DNA of 63,986 nt, counting the filler, from Octopus bimaculoides (lineage: Eukaryota), in the NCBI RefSeq assembly GCF_001194135.2. It is 6 parts of 5 records of this genome, joined end to end, with 100 filler letters (N's around TTAATTAATTAA, not from the genome) between each part and the next. Parts side by side here need not be neighbours in the genome. Positions count along the whole stretch, not along the records: positions 24,547 to 28,002 come from NC_069008.1; positions 28,103 to 53,848 come from NC_068991.1; 4 more parts are not named here. One strand, given 5' to 3'. A program made the position numbers and the translations under genes. Below, one piece after another: positions 25,900-39,174 of the stretch. Each line of letters opens with the position of its first letter. The first letter of the stretch is position 1. The notes below the pieces were generated by a model. It was not told the origin of the DNA. It saw nothing but the letters and a program-made list of their open reading frames with translations, and searched no databases.

Positions 25900-26150
25900 C
25901 ATTTATTGGGAAGCATCGGATGTGGTGTGCAAGAGAGACATTTGCACTGGTATGGTCATGTACTACGGATGGATGAGGAGAGATGTGTGAAGAAGTGCCA
26001 CTCCCAAACAGTTGAAGGAATCCGGGGTAGACATGGGATGAGGTGGTCAAGCATGACCTTCGAACATTGGGCCTCACAGAGGCGATGACGAAAGACCGAG
26101 ACCTCTGGAGATGTGCTGTGACTGCGAAGACCCGACAAATAAAGTGAGTT
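25900..26150 (+). mobile_element. RTE-type LINE ORF 3' end
   Basis: RHLHWYGHVLRMDEERCVKK..WDEVVKHDLRTLGLTEAMTKDRDLWR, typical of the RTE-clade C-terminus. Confidence 0.8.
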
Positions 26151-26199
26151 CACGGCTGTATCCTAGACCAGTTTCACATAACCAGCCTGAGCCCATTTA

Positions 26200-26580
26200 A
26201 AAGTACTTTGGATCATAGGACGACCTGCTGTGCTTACCTTGGATCATGCTTGAAGAGACCTATTGAGTCAAGTACATCAACATCAAAATAAAAATCAAAT
26301 GGAAATTGTAGTTGTAATACCTGTGCCGGTGGCATGTAAAAAACATCAACAAATCGTGGCTGCTGCCAGCCACCTCTGGCCCCTGTGCCGGTGGCACGTA
26401 AAAACCATCCACTACACTCATGGAGTGGTTGGCGTTAGGAAGGGCATCCAGCTGTAGAAACACTGCCAGATCAGACTGGAGCCTGGTGCAGTCTCCTGGC
26501 TTCCCAGACCCCGGTCGAACCATCCAACCTATGCTAGCATGGAAAATAGACGTTAAACGATGAGGATGATGATGATGATA
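26200..26580 (+). mobile_element. Retroposon 3' module with (GAT)n tail (family D)
   Basis: gagtggttggcgttaggaagggcatccagctgtagaaac..catgctagcatggaaa..gacgttaaacgatgatg; recurs several times in the window. Confidence 0.8.
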
Positions 26581-27444
26581 CATATACAACGGGCTTCTTC
26601 CAGTTTCTGTCTACCAAATCCAGTCACAAGGCTTTGGTCAGCCTGAGGTTATAGTAGAAAACACTTGCCGAAGGTGCTACACAGCAGAATTGAACCAAGC
26701 TTCTGAACACACAGCCATGCCTTCACCTATAAAGAGATTTATTTTTAAAACTCTGCTGTGGCTGCACTACCCTTGTTGATGTGCTGTTTATTTACAAATG
26801 GCAGCAGTATGGTAGCACCATTATTTGAGAAATAGTGAGAGTTGGCTCTTTGTCTAAATGAACAGGAATATATATATATTTTTTTTACACATGAATATCT
26901 AGAAACAAGTTAATTTAATACCAGGTGTTTCACTGATGTCAAGAGTCATTTTCAGTCTTGCAAATTATCTCCTTCATCTATGGCAAGTGTACTAAAGAAA
27001 CATAATTATGATATAATATTTAAACTGAAAGTATTACAATATCTTGAATATTACACCAATATAAATATATGCATGAGTTGTATTTCACTTTTCTCATTAT
27101 TATTAACATTGTGATTCTGCCAAGGTTGACTTTGCCTTTCGTCCTTTTGGAATCAATAAAATGATTACAAGTTGAACACTGGAGTCGATGTAATCGACTT
27201 ACCCCTTCCCCTGAAACTCTTGGACTTGTGCCAAAATTTGAAATCATTATTATTAACACTGAGTTGATGTAATTGACTTATCCCTTCTCTTGAAATTGCT
27301 GGCCTTGTACCAAAATTTGAAACCATTATTAACTCTGTGTAACATGATTTTTGTCTTTGGGTAGCAACTGTAATTTTCTATTTGCTTACCCCTAGAAAGT
27401 ATGGAAAATTACTAATATTTCCTTCAAACTTTTCTTACATTTAT

Positions 27445-27597
27445 TCAAATCCCTCTCAACACATGGCTCTGATGCTCCCCCACTACTCCTGCTCATCATC
27501 AGAGATGCACATATTGTCAGCCTCTAAGATACATGCTCAAGTGGTTAAGGTCAAGCAACTGACAAGCAAATCTGTGGCATTGAGCAGAATATTTGTT
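27445..27597 (-). mobile_element. Family E internal fragment
   Basis: Matches about 11376-11521 (ctctcaacacatggct..ggttaaggtcaa..gagcagaatattt). Confidence 0.7.
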
Positions 27598-27670
27598 ATA
27601 ATGATATTTCTGCGTCAGCAACTCAGTACTGAATCTGTCTGAAATTCAATAGTATCACTTTTAGATACTA

Positions 27671-28002
27671 CTAGCAGAAATACCCGGCGTTGCCCGGGTT
27701 AAAGAGAATAATGAAATCTAAAAACGCCGTCTAGACTACGCATCATCTTTATATATAGAGATGTATATACACACACGCACCCAAACACACGTATATATAT
27801 GTATATCAATATAAATATATGAAAGTCAATGAAGTTTCGTAAAAGAAGGTGATCATGTACATACTTTCTTGCTGTTGTGATTATAACACCTCGTTGTAAA
27901 CAATGTTCCTTGTTTTCCCTTGTGGAGCATATACAAATAGTTTTTTTTGCTGCCCACTCTTGAGCAGCCAACATACAGTTGTCCATGTGAGAAGCAGGGC
28001 TC
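27671..28002 (-). mobile_element. Helitron 3' end, same family as 44842-46273
   Basis: Near-identical reverse complement of 45970-46273; EPCFSHGQLYVGCSRVG helicase motif; hairpin plus CTAG|T terminus. Confidence 0.9.
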
Positions 28003-28102
28003 NNNNNNNNNNNNNNNNNNNNNNNNNNNNNNNNNNNNNNNNNNNNTTAATTAATTAANNNNNNNNNNNNNNNNNNNNNNNNNNNNNNNNNNNNNNNNNN
28101 NN

Positions 28103-28327
28103 GGCTTGTGCGGGTGGCACATAAAAGACACCATTTCGAGCGTGGCCGTTTTCGTGCGGGTGACACGTAAAAGCACCCACTACACTCTCTGAGTGGTTGG
28201 CGTTAGGAAGGGCATCCAGCTGTAGAAACTCTGCCAAATTAGACTGGAGCCTGGTGTTGCCATCCGGTTTCACCAGTCCTCAGTCAAATCGTCCAACCCA
28301 TGCTAGCATGGAAAGCGGACGTTAAAC

Positions 28328-28362
<35 letters not shown>
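28103..28362 (+). mobile_element. Family D retroposon
   Basis: Same module as 26200-26580 with (GAT)n tail. Confidence 0.85.
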
Positions 28363-28365
<3 letters not shown>

Positions 28366-28377
28366 CAATCATCACCA

Positions 28378-30101
28378 AAAAATGAAACTGTAAGAATTTA
28401 CGGGAAAATTGTATGTAAGAAGTAAAGCAGAAATGATTTGTAACTGTACTGTCAAAGTTCTGCAATGTAATAGCAGACGTATCCAATTTAAGAAAAGTGA
28501 AGATAAAAGCTAAGTGGAGAAGTATGGAATAAGTCATTGTTATACGCTTATAGAAAAAATAGACACGTGCCTTTTTAGAAAACAAAATGTAGCTGAGAGC
28601 TATTGTATTAGACGTTTGTCTAATCCAAGAGCAGAAATTGAAAGAAGATATATAAAATGGATGTGTGTGTGTGTATGCGTGTGTTTTTGCAGATAATTTG
28701 GCGGGAGTTTTGCAGTCAGCATGAGGTGGTTTGTGTTTATCTCTCAAGTCGAATTGTTGTGAATTTTCTGTAATAGCAATGCCCAGACAAGTGAAAATAT
28801 TTCTTTAATATGTGGTTGGGGAAAAAGGTGGATTTTTTTAAGTCGGCATGAAAGAGACAGAGAGAGCACTGTTGTATCAGTGAAGTTCTTTTGAAGTTGC
28901 ATGAAACAGAAGAATTGATGTGCGTGCATGTGTCTGTGTGTGTTTGATGGGGTGTATGAGACAGAATGTGTGGTGTGTATATGAATTGCTTTTGTGAGTG
29001 TGTGTGAAGAGACAGAGAGAGTAATGTTGATGGTGTGTGTGTATATGAGAGAGAGAGAGAGATAACTGAAATTTTTTTTATTCAGTTTTTGTAGTGAGTG
29101 AATGACAGAGAGAGAGAGAGAGAGAGAGAGAGCAACTGGTTGTGTTAATGGCAGAAGAAAGGGGAATTGCATTAGAAAATGTTTTAATTGATGTTCTCGG
29201 TAAGTATGGGTGCTAGGAAAAAATAGAAGAGTCATTAAGAAGTTGATGTTAAGAATTGCTTTAATAGAAAATGAAGCTGTAAGAATTAACGGGGAAATTG
29301 TATGTTAGAATTAATAGCAGATGTATCCAATTTAAGAAAAGTAAAGATAAAAGCTAAGTGAAGAAGTATGGAATAAGTAATTGTTATACACTTATAGAGA
29401 AACAATTTATATTATAGAATAGATACATACCTGTTGAAGACGAAAATGTATGTGAGAGCTATTGTATTGGACATGTGTATAATCATAGAGAAAGTGAAAG
29501 ACATATGAAATGGACGTGTGTGCATGTGTGTGTGTTTTTTGCAGCTAATTTGGTGGGAGTTTTGCAGTCAGCAGGAAGTGGTTTGTGTTTTATCTCTCGA
29601 TCAATAGCCGGACAAGTGAAAATATTTTTTTAATATGTATTTTGGGGAAAGGGGATCTTTTGAAGTGGGCGTCAAATGAAAAGACATGGACAGTTTTATG
29701 ACTGAATTTCTTTTGAAGTTGGCGTGAGACGGAACAATTGATGTGCGTGTGTATGTTTGATGGGGTGTGCGAGACAGAGAGAGTAATAATAGTGTGTGTG
29801 TAATGATGGTGTGTATGTATATGAGAGAGAGAGTGACAGAAAAACCGAGAGAGAGTGGTTATGTATGTATGTATGAATGGCTTCAGTGACACACACTCAC
29901 ATACACGTACACACGCTGGTTGTTTTAATCGATTTTCTCGGTAATTATGGGGACTAGGAAAAAAATACAAAGCGTGTTCCAATCTATGCACCCGTCTCCA
30001 CGTGTGTGCCATTTTTCACGTGAATCCACCCAACCATTTGGCCGTGAACCTTGAGACAAGAAAGAATACAACGGTCGCTCATGTTCAATTTATATTATAG
30101 A
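28378..30101 (-). mobile_element. Probable Helitron 5' portion containing a diverged tandem duplication
   Basis: Minus strand starts A|TCtataatataaa at 30101; two related units begin at 28378 and 29268. No 3' terminus seen. Confidence 0.45.
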
Positions 30102-31671
30102 TAAGTGGTGGAAATGGGTTTAAAGAACTAGGAGTATGCTAAGGTCTATAAGGCTGAGGTTAGGAAGGAGATTTGATATTATAAATCTCCTTTCTGTGAG
30201 CTGAAAAGTTTGGTCATGCTAACCCCTTTCACATCCCCTCACATTTCCATCACTGCCTGCCACACTTACATATAGAGTTTGGTGAACTTAGTGTTGAGAG
30301 ATAAGTACATATCTGGTATTGTCTTTTAATTAATGACATTCAGAATTAGTTGAATCATTCATCTATTATTAAACAAAATATTTAACTCTAATTTCTCTTT
30401 CATTAGGATTCTTTCCAGTGTTTTTTTTTCTTTCCTTCTTTTTTGTCTCTTATTTTAAGTCAATTGTGATATAACAAAACATTCCATAACCCTTAATGAG
30501 TCATTAGGTAATCACCAAGCACTTCATCTTTTTGGGTATATCAACCCTAATAAAAGCCTTCATTCCAGGCAGTTGACTGTGATTGGAAATTGTAGATACG
30601 ATGTGTGAGATGAAATGACAACTAAGAATCAAACTTGCAATGTACAATTAACTGGCTTGCTAAAACTTTCTCCACTCATTGTAGTGTTAACACCAAGTTC
30701 TTTTAACACTCTATAAATGTCAATCTGGATTTTATTTTATGACTCAGGTCTGTCACCATTCTTTAACAGATCTGTTATTATTCGTTCAAGATTAATTATG
30801 ATTTCACTCCTTATACAGCAGTGGTTTTTCAACTAATTTATATAATGTATAAAATAATATTTCTTGACTAGACAAATAATCACAAATTTATTTTGGAGGG
30901 TTGCAGTTGATTGAAATGACTTTGGAACATGATTTGGATTTATTTTTATTGATGTTGCAAAGTCAACTCCAATGAACTTTGAACGTTTAATGTAAACAGG
31001 CACAAAATATATCTGGCTAAAAGGATTGATTTAAAATTTATATTCAAATATAAAGTAATTTTAAAAATAGAGTGTAGAAATTATAGATGAAAAACTCTTG
31101 CTGGATTTGACTGGATATTTCTGAGATGCTACTTGTAAATAGACAACATTTTGTATTTAAGGTCAGGTAGTTTGGGTGTTTGCCATAGCTTTAATGAAGT
31201 CATAGAGCAGAAATTATTGAAAACCAGTTATAGAGCTTTTGGTTGGTTATTGTGTTTAAAACTTTAACACAACAGAAGCATTCTATAAATATTATTTTCA
31301 TTCTTTCCTTCCGTTACTTATTCATTCATTTCTCAGTTTGTTCCCTGTGTTTTCAGCGTAAGATAACACACCATTATACTCTTTCTAGAAATCCTCCATT
31401 GCAGTTGATGCGCTTTCTATATGAGATTGATTGACTGCTGTCACTTGACTGTTGTCAGTGCACTAAAGCACTACAGCACTGCAGATGTCTATATCCTGTC
31501 ACTGTGCCAGGAAAAAAACCACTGCAATCTCAATCTATTGTACACCAAATATTTGTATGGAACCTTCATCTAAATCAAATTTCGGCGTTCTCTCTTTCTA
31601 ATCACAGTAAAAACTACTTACCTGTTACAATATGTACATTTGAGTATATGTATTTGTGTGAGTGTATGCTT

Positions 31672-32010
31672 CATCATCATCATCATCATCATCATCATTT
31701 AACATCCGCTTTCCATGCTAGCATTGATTGGACGATTTGACTGGGGACTGGCAAACCAGATGGCTACACCTGACTCCAATCTGATCTGGCAGAGTTTCTA
31801 CAGCTGGATGCTCTTCCTAACACCAACCACTCCGAGAGTGTAGTGGGTGCTTTTTACGTGCCACCGGCACGAAGGCCAGTCCGGTGGTACTGGCAACGGC
31901 CATGCTCAAATGGTGATTTTTTATGTGCACCTGCACAGGGTCATTCCAATGTTTTGTTTACATGCCACCAGCACAAGTGCCAGTAAGGCGAAGCTGGAAA
32001 TGATCGCACT
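31672..32010 (-). mobile_element. Family D retroposon
   Basis: (CAT)n then tttaacatccgctttccatgctagc; reverse complement of the module. Confidence 0.85.
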
Positions 32011-32254
32011 TATATGTGTTTATCTTTGAAAGTTTACCTTTCATGTGTGTTTATATGTAAGTATTCCTAAACATATACAGATACACATATATGGCAAACA
32101 GTGTATCATAGGTTGTAAATGCCCATAAATCCAGTCTGTGACCCAACTTGGATTTTCAGTCTTTCTTGCTATTGAGAAAAATATGAAGCTTTCAACTTCT
32201 GTTTCCCCAAGCTTTGAAGCTGATGGAACCAACACCCATTAATATATACTATTG

Positions 32255-32470
32255 AGGCATGGTTGTGTGGTGAAGAAGTTTGCTTCCAAACCATATCGTT
32301 TCAGATTCAGTTCCAATGTGTGGCACCTTTGATAAACGTTTTCTAGTATATCTCCATCCTAATCTAAGCCTAATCTCCATCCTAATCTCCATCCTAATCT
32401 AAGCCTTATGAGTGGATTTGGTAGACAGAAACTATAAAAGAAGCCCATTGTGTGTGTGTGTGTCTGTCTG
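32255..32470 (+). mobile_element. Diverged SINE family A head with inserted 11/12-bp tandem repeats
   Basis: Head module; units tctccatcctaa / tctaagcctaa at 32351-32406. Confidence 0.7.
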
Positions 32471-33539
32471 TGTATTTGTTTATATTTGCCACTCTCTTAT
32501 TTGAAAGTTACAATATTGTGCATGATGTTCTGTTTGCATTTCTCCTATCAACAAATCCTCTTTAGAGCCATATGGAATAAGAATTCTCTTACTTGAAAAA
32601 CAGGTAAGGATTTGCATAGGGAAGGGAATGGGAAAGGGCATCAAGCTGTAAAACAAAGCCCCAATAACATATTCATTTAATCCATGCTAGCATGGAAATG
32701 AACAAATGAATCAAGCAACTGTTCGCAGTTATTATTAAATATCAGGTGATTAATTCTATCACACTACTGTTTGAGATAAATATTTATCTTTATACATATA
32801 TGTATCTATGTATATGTAATTAAATCAATTCCATAGTTCTCTACAGGTATCCAAGTGGATACTAAGATCTTCATTGGATGTGAAGCAAAATTTCAAATGA
32901 TAATAGATTTAATTACCTATATACTAGTTACAAACATACATGTGTGCATGCCTATTATTTTTCAGTTCAAATTCTGCTTCACATTCATTGATAATTAGCT
33001 AAATTACACCAATGATTATATTCTAGTCTCCTTCCTTCTTTAGAAATTAACCTATTCTTAAATCTATTCTTCCATATGATTACATATAAATCTATCTAAT
33101 GTTTGAAGGTTTATTCCAGATGAAGTGAAATGCTAAAACTTTGATTATGGGACTTATATATGCATGTTACTTCCACTATCTCTTAATGAACTGCCCTTGT
33201 ACAGTTGACCATAACGAATTGGCAACTTTTGTTTATGTTCATGCTTGAAGGTGTTATGGTACATGTTTTCCTTACATATCTATCATGATATAGATTTTTA
33301 TGTCTTGTAGGTTACATCAAATTCATTTCATGATAAGAAAAGGGACATACATATGTAAACCTAATTATTGTGAAATTAGAGAGGGATTCTTTGTTGTCAT
33401 TCAAACAGTTAAGAACAGCAACTAGACTTCCCTTCAATCACACCTTGCCATCTTATAGAAAATAGATGCATCAGATTATGTAGCCCTAGATACACCAGGT
33501 CATGAAAAACAAGGACCAGAATGTTTTACAATAAGAACC

Positions 33540-33994
33540 TGTAACGGACATCATAGCCTTAGATTGAGTTAGTTAAGATTTCATCATAGCTAAAAATAGA
33601 TTGACAGCGCCCTTAGTGAAAACCTTAAATTGGCGCCCTTTTTGTAAATCAGCAGCAGAATTTCACCATAGCTAAAAATAGATCGTCTACCTCGCTGCTA
33701 ACTATAAATACAATACGGAACAGTAGATGGGCAGTCTGAATCTAGTTTCTGACTCGAACATACGAAAAGCGGTTTTAACTGCTATCAACCAAGCTGAACC
33801 AAATACATGCTTTCTCCGCATATAACTCGTAGCTAGTTATACACGTTTGTAATGTAGTGATATGTTTCGATGTCCGCTCAACTCAGTATCATAATTTTGC
33901 TAAATAAATGAAATTATACTCTGATTACCGAGTCTCTGCAGTTTATTCAAACCCAACAGACCAACTCACTACGGCAAGATACATATCCACTACA
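33540..33994. mobile_element. Solo LTR (probably Gypsy-like)
   Basis: TG...CA ends with short inverted termini tgtaacgga / tccactaca; 4-bp AACC duplicated on both sides; AATAAA near 33903; internal 24-bp direct repeat (33578, 33660); 455 bp. Confidence 0.75.
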
Positions 33995-36614
33995 AACCCT
34001 TTTGATCAAAGGTCTGCAAGATCAGGACTAACTTTGTGTTAAACAGTAGCAACACACTTTAGTACTTTTCTCTTATGTCTTACTATACATTTTTGCATTA
34101 TTTAACCCTTTTGTTACCATATTTCTGTTGAAATACATTCTCTTTATTTCCATTAATTTGAATAATGAAGAATTTAGTAAAATAACTTTACTAAATTATT
34201 ATTATTAAGCTCATGCTTGAAACATAAATTAATGTGAAATTTTCACAGGAAATTTTAACCAACCCACCCAAGGCAGGAAATTTGTACCAGCCCACCCAAG
34301 GCAGTCTCGGGTGAGTTAGTATCAGAAAGATGAATTACCTACTTTCATGTTCTGAGTTCAGATTGCATCAAACTAACTTTGCTTTTTATGTTTCTGAGGT
34401 CAATAAAATAAGTGCTAGTCATATACTGGAGTAAGTTCAATTGACTGTATCCTTTCCATGAAATTTATGGCTTAGTGCTAATATAAGAAATCATTATAAC
34501 ATCTTTTGGCTACTAAAGACATGACACCTAACCAATAACTATGCCTCTCCAAGTTGTTATTCTGCTTTCTTGATGTAGGGGCTGACAATGTCCACAAAAT
34601 GTCAATTTACTCTTTACAGGGTTTATGAATTTGTAGTCTTTCAAGGATTCTGCAATGTTTTCTTCATAGAGATTCTACACAGTCATTAATATTCACTTTT
34701 AGCACTGTTTACTGTGATTTCATGTGGATTTTATTGTATTTTAATTCCAGGTCAACTTTGACTGAGTAAACATATGATCAAAAATGTTCCAGTCATGACT
34801 ACCTATCGTTCTCTTGGGTACTAAGTCGTGGACTACATTATCCAGTATACCCCTCCTGATTCATGTCAGCAGAGTATACTTTCAGAAAAAAAGTTAGCTG
34901 CCATTTCTAGCAGATTGAGTGACCACATCAAAACTCCTACACTGGCTACTTTGGATTTCATTGTATATTTTACCATTAGATTCTTATAATGTTTTGCAAT
35001 GTGAATATTTTTTTTAGTATATTTCCTTTTTTAAAATTGGGGGGTTTTTTTGTGTGTGTCAGATATTATGTAAGCATTTTTGGATTTTGATCTGCATTTG
35101 ATGTCATCTTGTTTCTGGAATTTATTTCTGGATGGCCTAAATTTTATATTTTTGTCATTGTTAGCAAATTTGTTTTGAAATGTTCTGACTCTTTGCATTG
35201 AAAGTGGAGTATTCAGTAAGATTGTCAGATTGACCTTTACACATAGATGTAAGCTTTGCATCAAATATGATTCAGAACTGACATGGGCAATTTTTCTCTT
35301 TTTTTTTTTCTGAGAAGTGGGCAACACAAGACATGGCTCATAATCTTGCAAGACACACTACTAAAAGTTCAAGATAATTTTTCATTGTGAAAGCGTGTGG
35401 CTTAGTGGTTAGAGTGTTGCACTCATGATTGAGAGGTTGTGGATTTGATTCCCAGACCAGCTGTGTGTTGTTCTTGGGCAAGACACTTCATTTTACATTG
35501 CTCTAGTCTACTCAGCTGTAAATTGGTAACCTTATGACAAACTGGCATGCAAGGATGAGATGGCGACTCAGAAAATCACTCAAATGGAGGTCCCATTAGC
35601 CACATTTTCTATTTGGTGATCAAAAGGATGGCTAGTACAACCCATACTATGAATTCCAACTGGTTAGGATTGGTTGTTCAACCATGTTGAAGATTGATCT
35701 GATAATTCAATAGACCTTCTGAATGGTACACCACGTACCATTCAGAAAGTCTTGTGGGCTGCAGATGGCCTATGGGTTGCTAGATGTCTGTGACTGCTTT
35801 ACAACATATCCCACTTTCTATGTTAGGTGAGTAAAGCAGAACTTCTGTGAGATATCAGTATGTCTTTTTTTGTTGTTTGTTACTTAATATGAAGTTTCTA
35901 TTTATTTTCTTCAAAATCTTTTTTATGGGGAAAAGTGAATATTTTGGAAACTACCACACCCTCAAAGGGATGAAGACTACTTGACAGTGATGATGTTATT
36001 AGCAAAGACATTCAAATCTTATGGAGGACAGAGATTCTTGATATGACATTGTGAAATGCATCTTGACTGCAGTTGCTTGAAGAAAAATATTTATTTTGTA
36101 TAGCATTTTGTGAACAATAGCATCTTTGGATAAAGGTTTCCAAAGAGCCAATCACTAGTTTAGGCTTTTATGATGGCAAGAGGGACAAGGGAGTACTGGA
36201 GCAGAATCATTAGTACAGGGTATTTTTATTTCAAGGCACCAGTATATCAGATTTTTTCATCAGTGTTTACATCTTTTGGTGGTGAAAAATACACACACAC
36301 ACGCACACTCACACATTCATTCACTCATACACACACACACACACACACACATACACACACACACACACACACAACATGTCTACATGGTAAACATGCATCA
36401 AGTTCCATCCTCAATGCATTGGTCGTCATGAGGCCATGGTGGATGACATTTGTCCAAGCTGCTCTGCTATGGGATTGGACCTGGAACCGTGTGGTTACAA
36501 AGTAAACTGAACTGCACAACCATATGTGTAACCACTGTTTGCCATTGTCTTGTTTACTGTAATTGCTAGACTAGTTCTTGAAGTGGTAGAGATTGAATTT
36601 TGAATTTACATTTC

Positions 36615-37975
36615 ATTAATTTTCTCAGCTTCATTCTTGACCTCCCTACCAGTAAATGGCAGTCAAATAAGTAACTCGTAGGCAGCTAACATATACATAA
36701 CAAAAAACAACATCCATTGACTTGCTAAACGTAATTAAGAAGTTAGCTAGAAACTTAAACAAAGCAATTTTCATCATTACACATTGCAGTCAATTCTGTC
36801 TAGCTGCCCAAAGTTTAAAATGTTTTTAAAAATATAGATATTAAGAAAACAAATGTCTTCTGCTTTTCTGGATCCAATCTAAAAATACTGAGGACTTATA
36901 CTAAATATATGAGATCAAGCATTTGAAATAAAATTTCTTGATTCTAACTCTGCAGACACGATATTGCAGATTATTTGAGAAATTAAAACTAAAACTAATG
37001 ACTGCTCCTTGATGATAGGTAACGCTTGCAGAAATTTAGCAACATACAATAAGCAGGATACACATTATATCAGGGAAGAAGAGAACACCTTTGCTGCTTA
37101 TTGTTTTTAAATCAAAATTAACAAAATGAAGTTGTCCAAATACATCTATCTGTGAAATTAATCAATAATACAGGACCATGAAGATGCAGCCATTGCTTAA
37201 CTAAACAGTTTAACCATGTAATGCAACCCTACAACTTCTTAAATAAAAAGCAAGAGTTGGTATCAAAGAGAAGACACCAAAACAAACACATCTTAAAGAA
37301 TTTCAGAGCTTAACTGTCCATTTGATAATTATTTAGCTATGTAAATAAAACGTTCCAGCTGCAAACAAATGATCACAGATTATGTAAGAAGTTTTAAATT
37401 GTATAAAGGACATGAGTGTTAGGACAACCATCATAACAATTTAGGTAGATGCGTTGTTCATAACAGTTCATCTAAACTCATGTTACACACACAAAGCTAT
37501 TTCTAATTTTTTGTTATGGCTTAAGTCAAAGACAGTAGGGCAGCTCTTAGGACTTTTGCTGGACTGGTGAAACTGGTGGAGGAAAGAAGGGAAGTGGTCA
37601 CTACTTTAATTCTATAAATAACCCAATTAGAAGTAGTTAATCACAGATGGATTTGCTAGTACATAGGGAATCTTCCTAAGGCATTACCTATAGAGCTGGA
37701 TTCCTGTTATAACTTGTAGCAGATATCTGCTGGAGAAATCATTTTCACCAGTACCTTCTAAAGAACAGTACCACTTTGCAATAAATGTGCTAAAGAAAAT
37801 AGTGTAACAAAATATTGTGTTATCCTCTGATGAGAACCTGGTTCAAAAGCTTGCATTAGAGCAGACCCTGCTAAAGGCATCCAAGGAATAAATGGTGGTA
37901 TTAGACCACATGACAGATTAAGTCTCCAAAGTGCATGTGAACTAATAAAACTTTATATTTTACCAATAAAACCAG
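36615..37975 (+). mobile_element. Decayed Penelope-like element (RT thumb, GIY-YIG endonuclease, 3' region)
   Basis: INFLSFILDL..HIHNKKQHP (cf. VNFLDVTLDL..YIHK.SNHP); HYIREEENTF (cf. YIG.TE.TF); KLSKYI; RCSHCLTKQ..FLNKKQELVSKRRHQNKHILKNF* (cf. RCNLCL.EK..LLNKRSEL.SKCRH.NKF). Coding remnant ends at 37313. Confidence 0.85.
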
Positions 37976-38931
37976 TTTTGCCACTACTAGTTTCCCTAGA
38001 TGCTTTTTATTTTACTTTATGTATATCTTGTGTGTGTGTGTGTGTCTTTTTCCTCTTGCAAGGGTTGAACATATATGTTCATGTAACTCCTTGTATTGAT
38101 GTTTTATGACAGTCATTCCCTAGGCATCAACAAAAATGAGCTCATATGTATGTACAGGGAGACTTTCAAAGTGAAGACTATAGTTAGCTTCTAGAAACCC
38201 TTGGCTTGACAGTGTTATGAAGGAGCACTACTGGTTTGAGATAAACTCTACAAGTGCAGAAGTACCATCAGATAGACCTATCAGAGATGCATGCAGGGTA
38301 ACAAAACCAAACTACAAATACTTGTTGAGCATACTGACTTGTTGTTGCATGTAGGATGAATCCATCTCTCAACCAAATCCATTGTGAAGATCACCTTACT
38401 ACCTTGTTTTAACTGGAAAGGCAGTTAGCTTTCCTCTGTCAATAGAGACTGTGCTGGATGAGGCTGAAAGGACTGACTCTTCATCTTCATCTTCATCTTT
38501 CATCTTCAGTCAAGTTATCAACTTTTTCCAGTTTCATTTGTAAAAGAAAGTGAAGGTGGAGAGGGAAGTGCTCATCTCCAATGAAATTGTAAGAATGAAT
38601 AGGTCTACTTTCAATATGTAAGTTAAAGACTGATACTTGGGAGAGAGTGCTTTTCCTTGGTGGTCTGGGTGATCCTGATTCTATGGGGTTCCTTGATTAG
38701 CCCTTGCTGGAAATTCTCTTGTATCATTAATTATTTGTAATACATGCTTTTTATCACATTTGGGGCGGGGGTTCTAATTCATTTTCTGTGTAAACTTCCA
38801 TGTTATATTACCTGTCTTTATAATGTCCTGTAATAAAAGAAATTATTATTGTTGTTGTTGTTCATTAAACTGTAACGTCTCATGGGATGGAGAAGGCCAG
38901 TGTGTGAAGATAAAGTGTGAAATACTGGGTT

Positions 38932-38964
<33 letters not shown>

Positions 38965-39174
38965 GTTTAACGTCCGCTTTCCATGCTAGCATGGGTTGGA
39001 CGATTTGACTGAGGACTGGTGAAACCGGATGGCAACACCAGGCTCCAATCTAAATTTGGCAGAGTTTCTACAGCTGGATGCCCTTCCTAACGCCAACCAC
39101 TCAGAGAGTGTAGTAGGTGCTTTTACGTGTCACCTGCACGAAGGCCAGTCAGGCGATACTGGCAACGGCCACGC
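38932..39174 (-). mobile_element. Family D retroposon
   Basis: (CAT)n then cgtttaacgtccgctttccatgctagc; runs into a gap. Confidence 0.85.

Noticed and set aside
32351-32406. CCTAA-containing repeats suggesting telomeric sequence
   Set aside because: Units are 11-12 bp local duplications within a SINE, not TTAGG or TTAGGG arrays.
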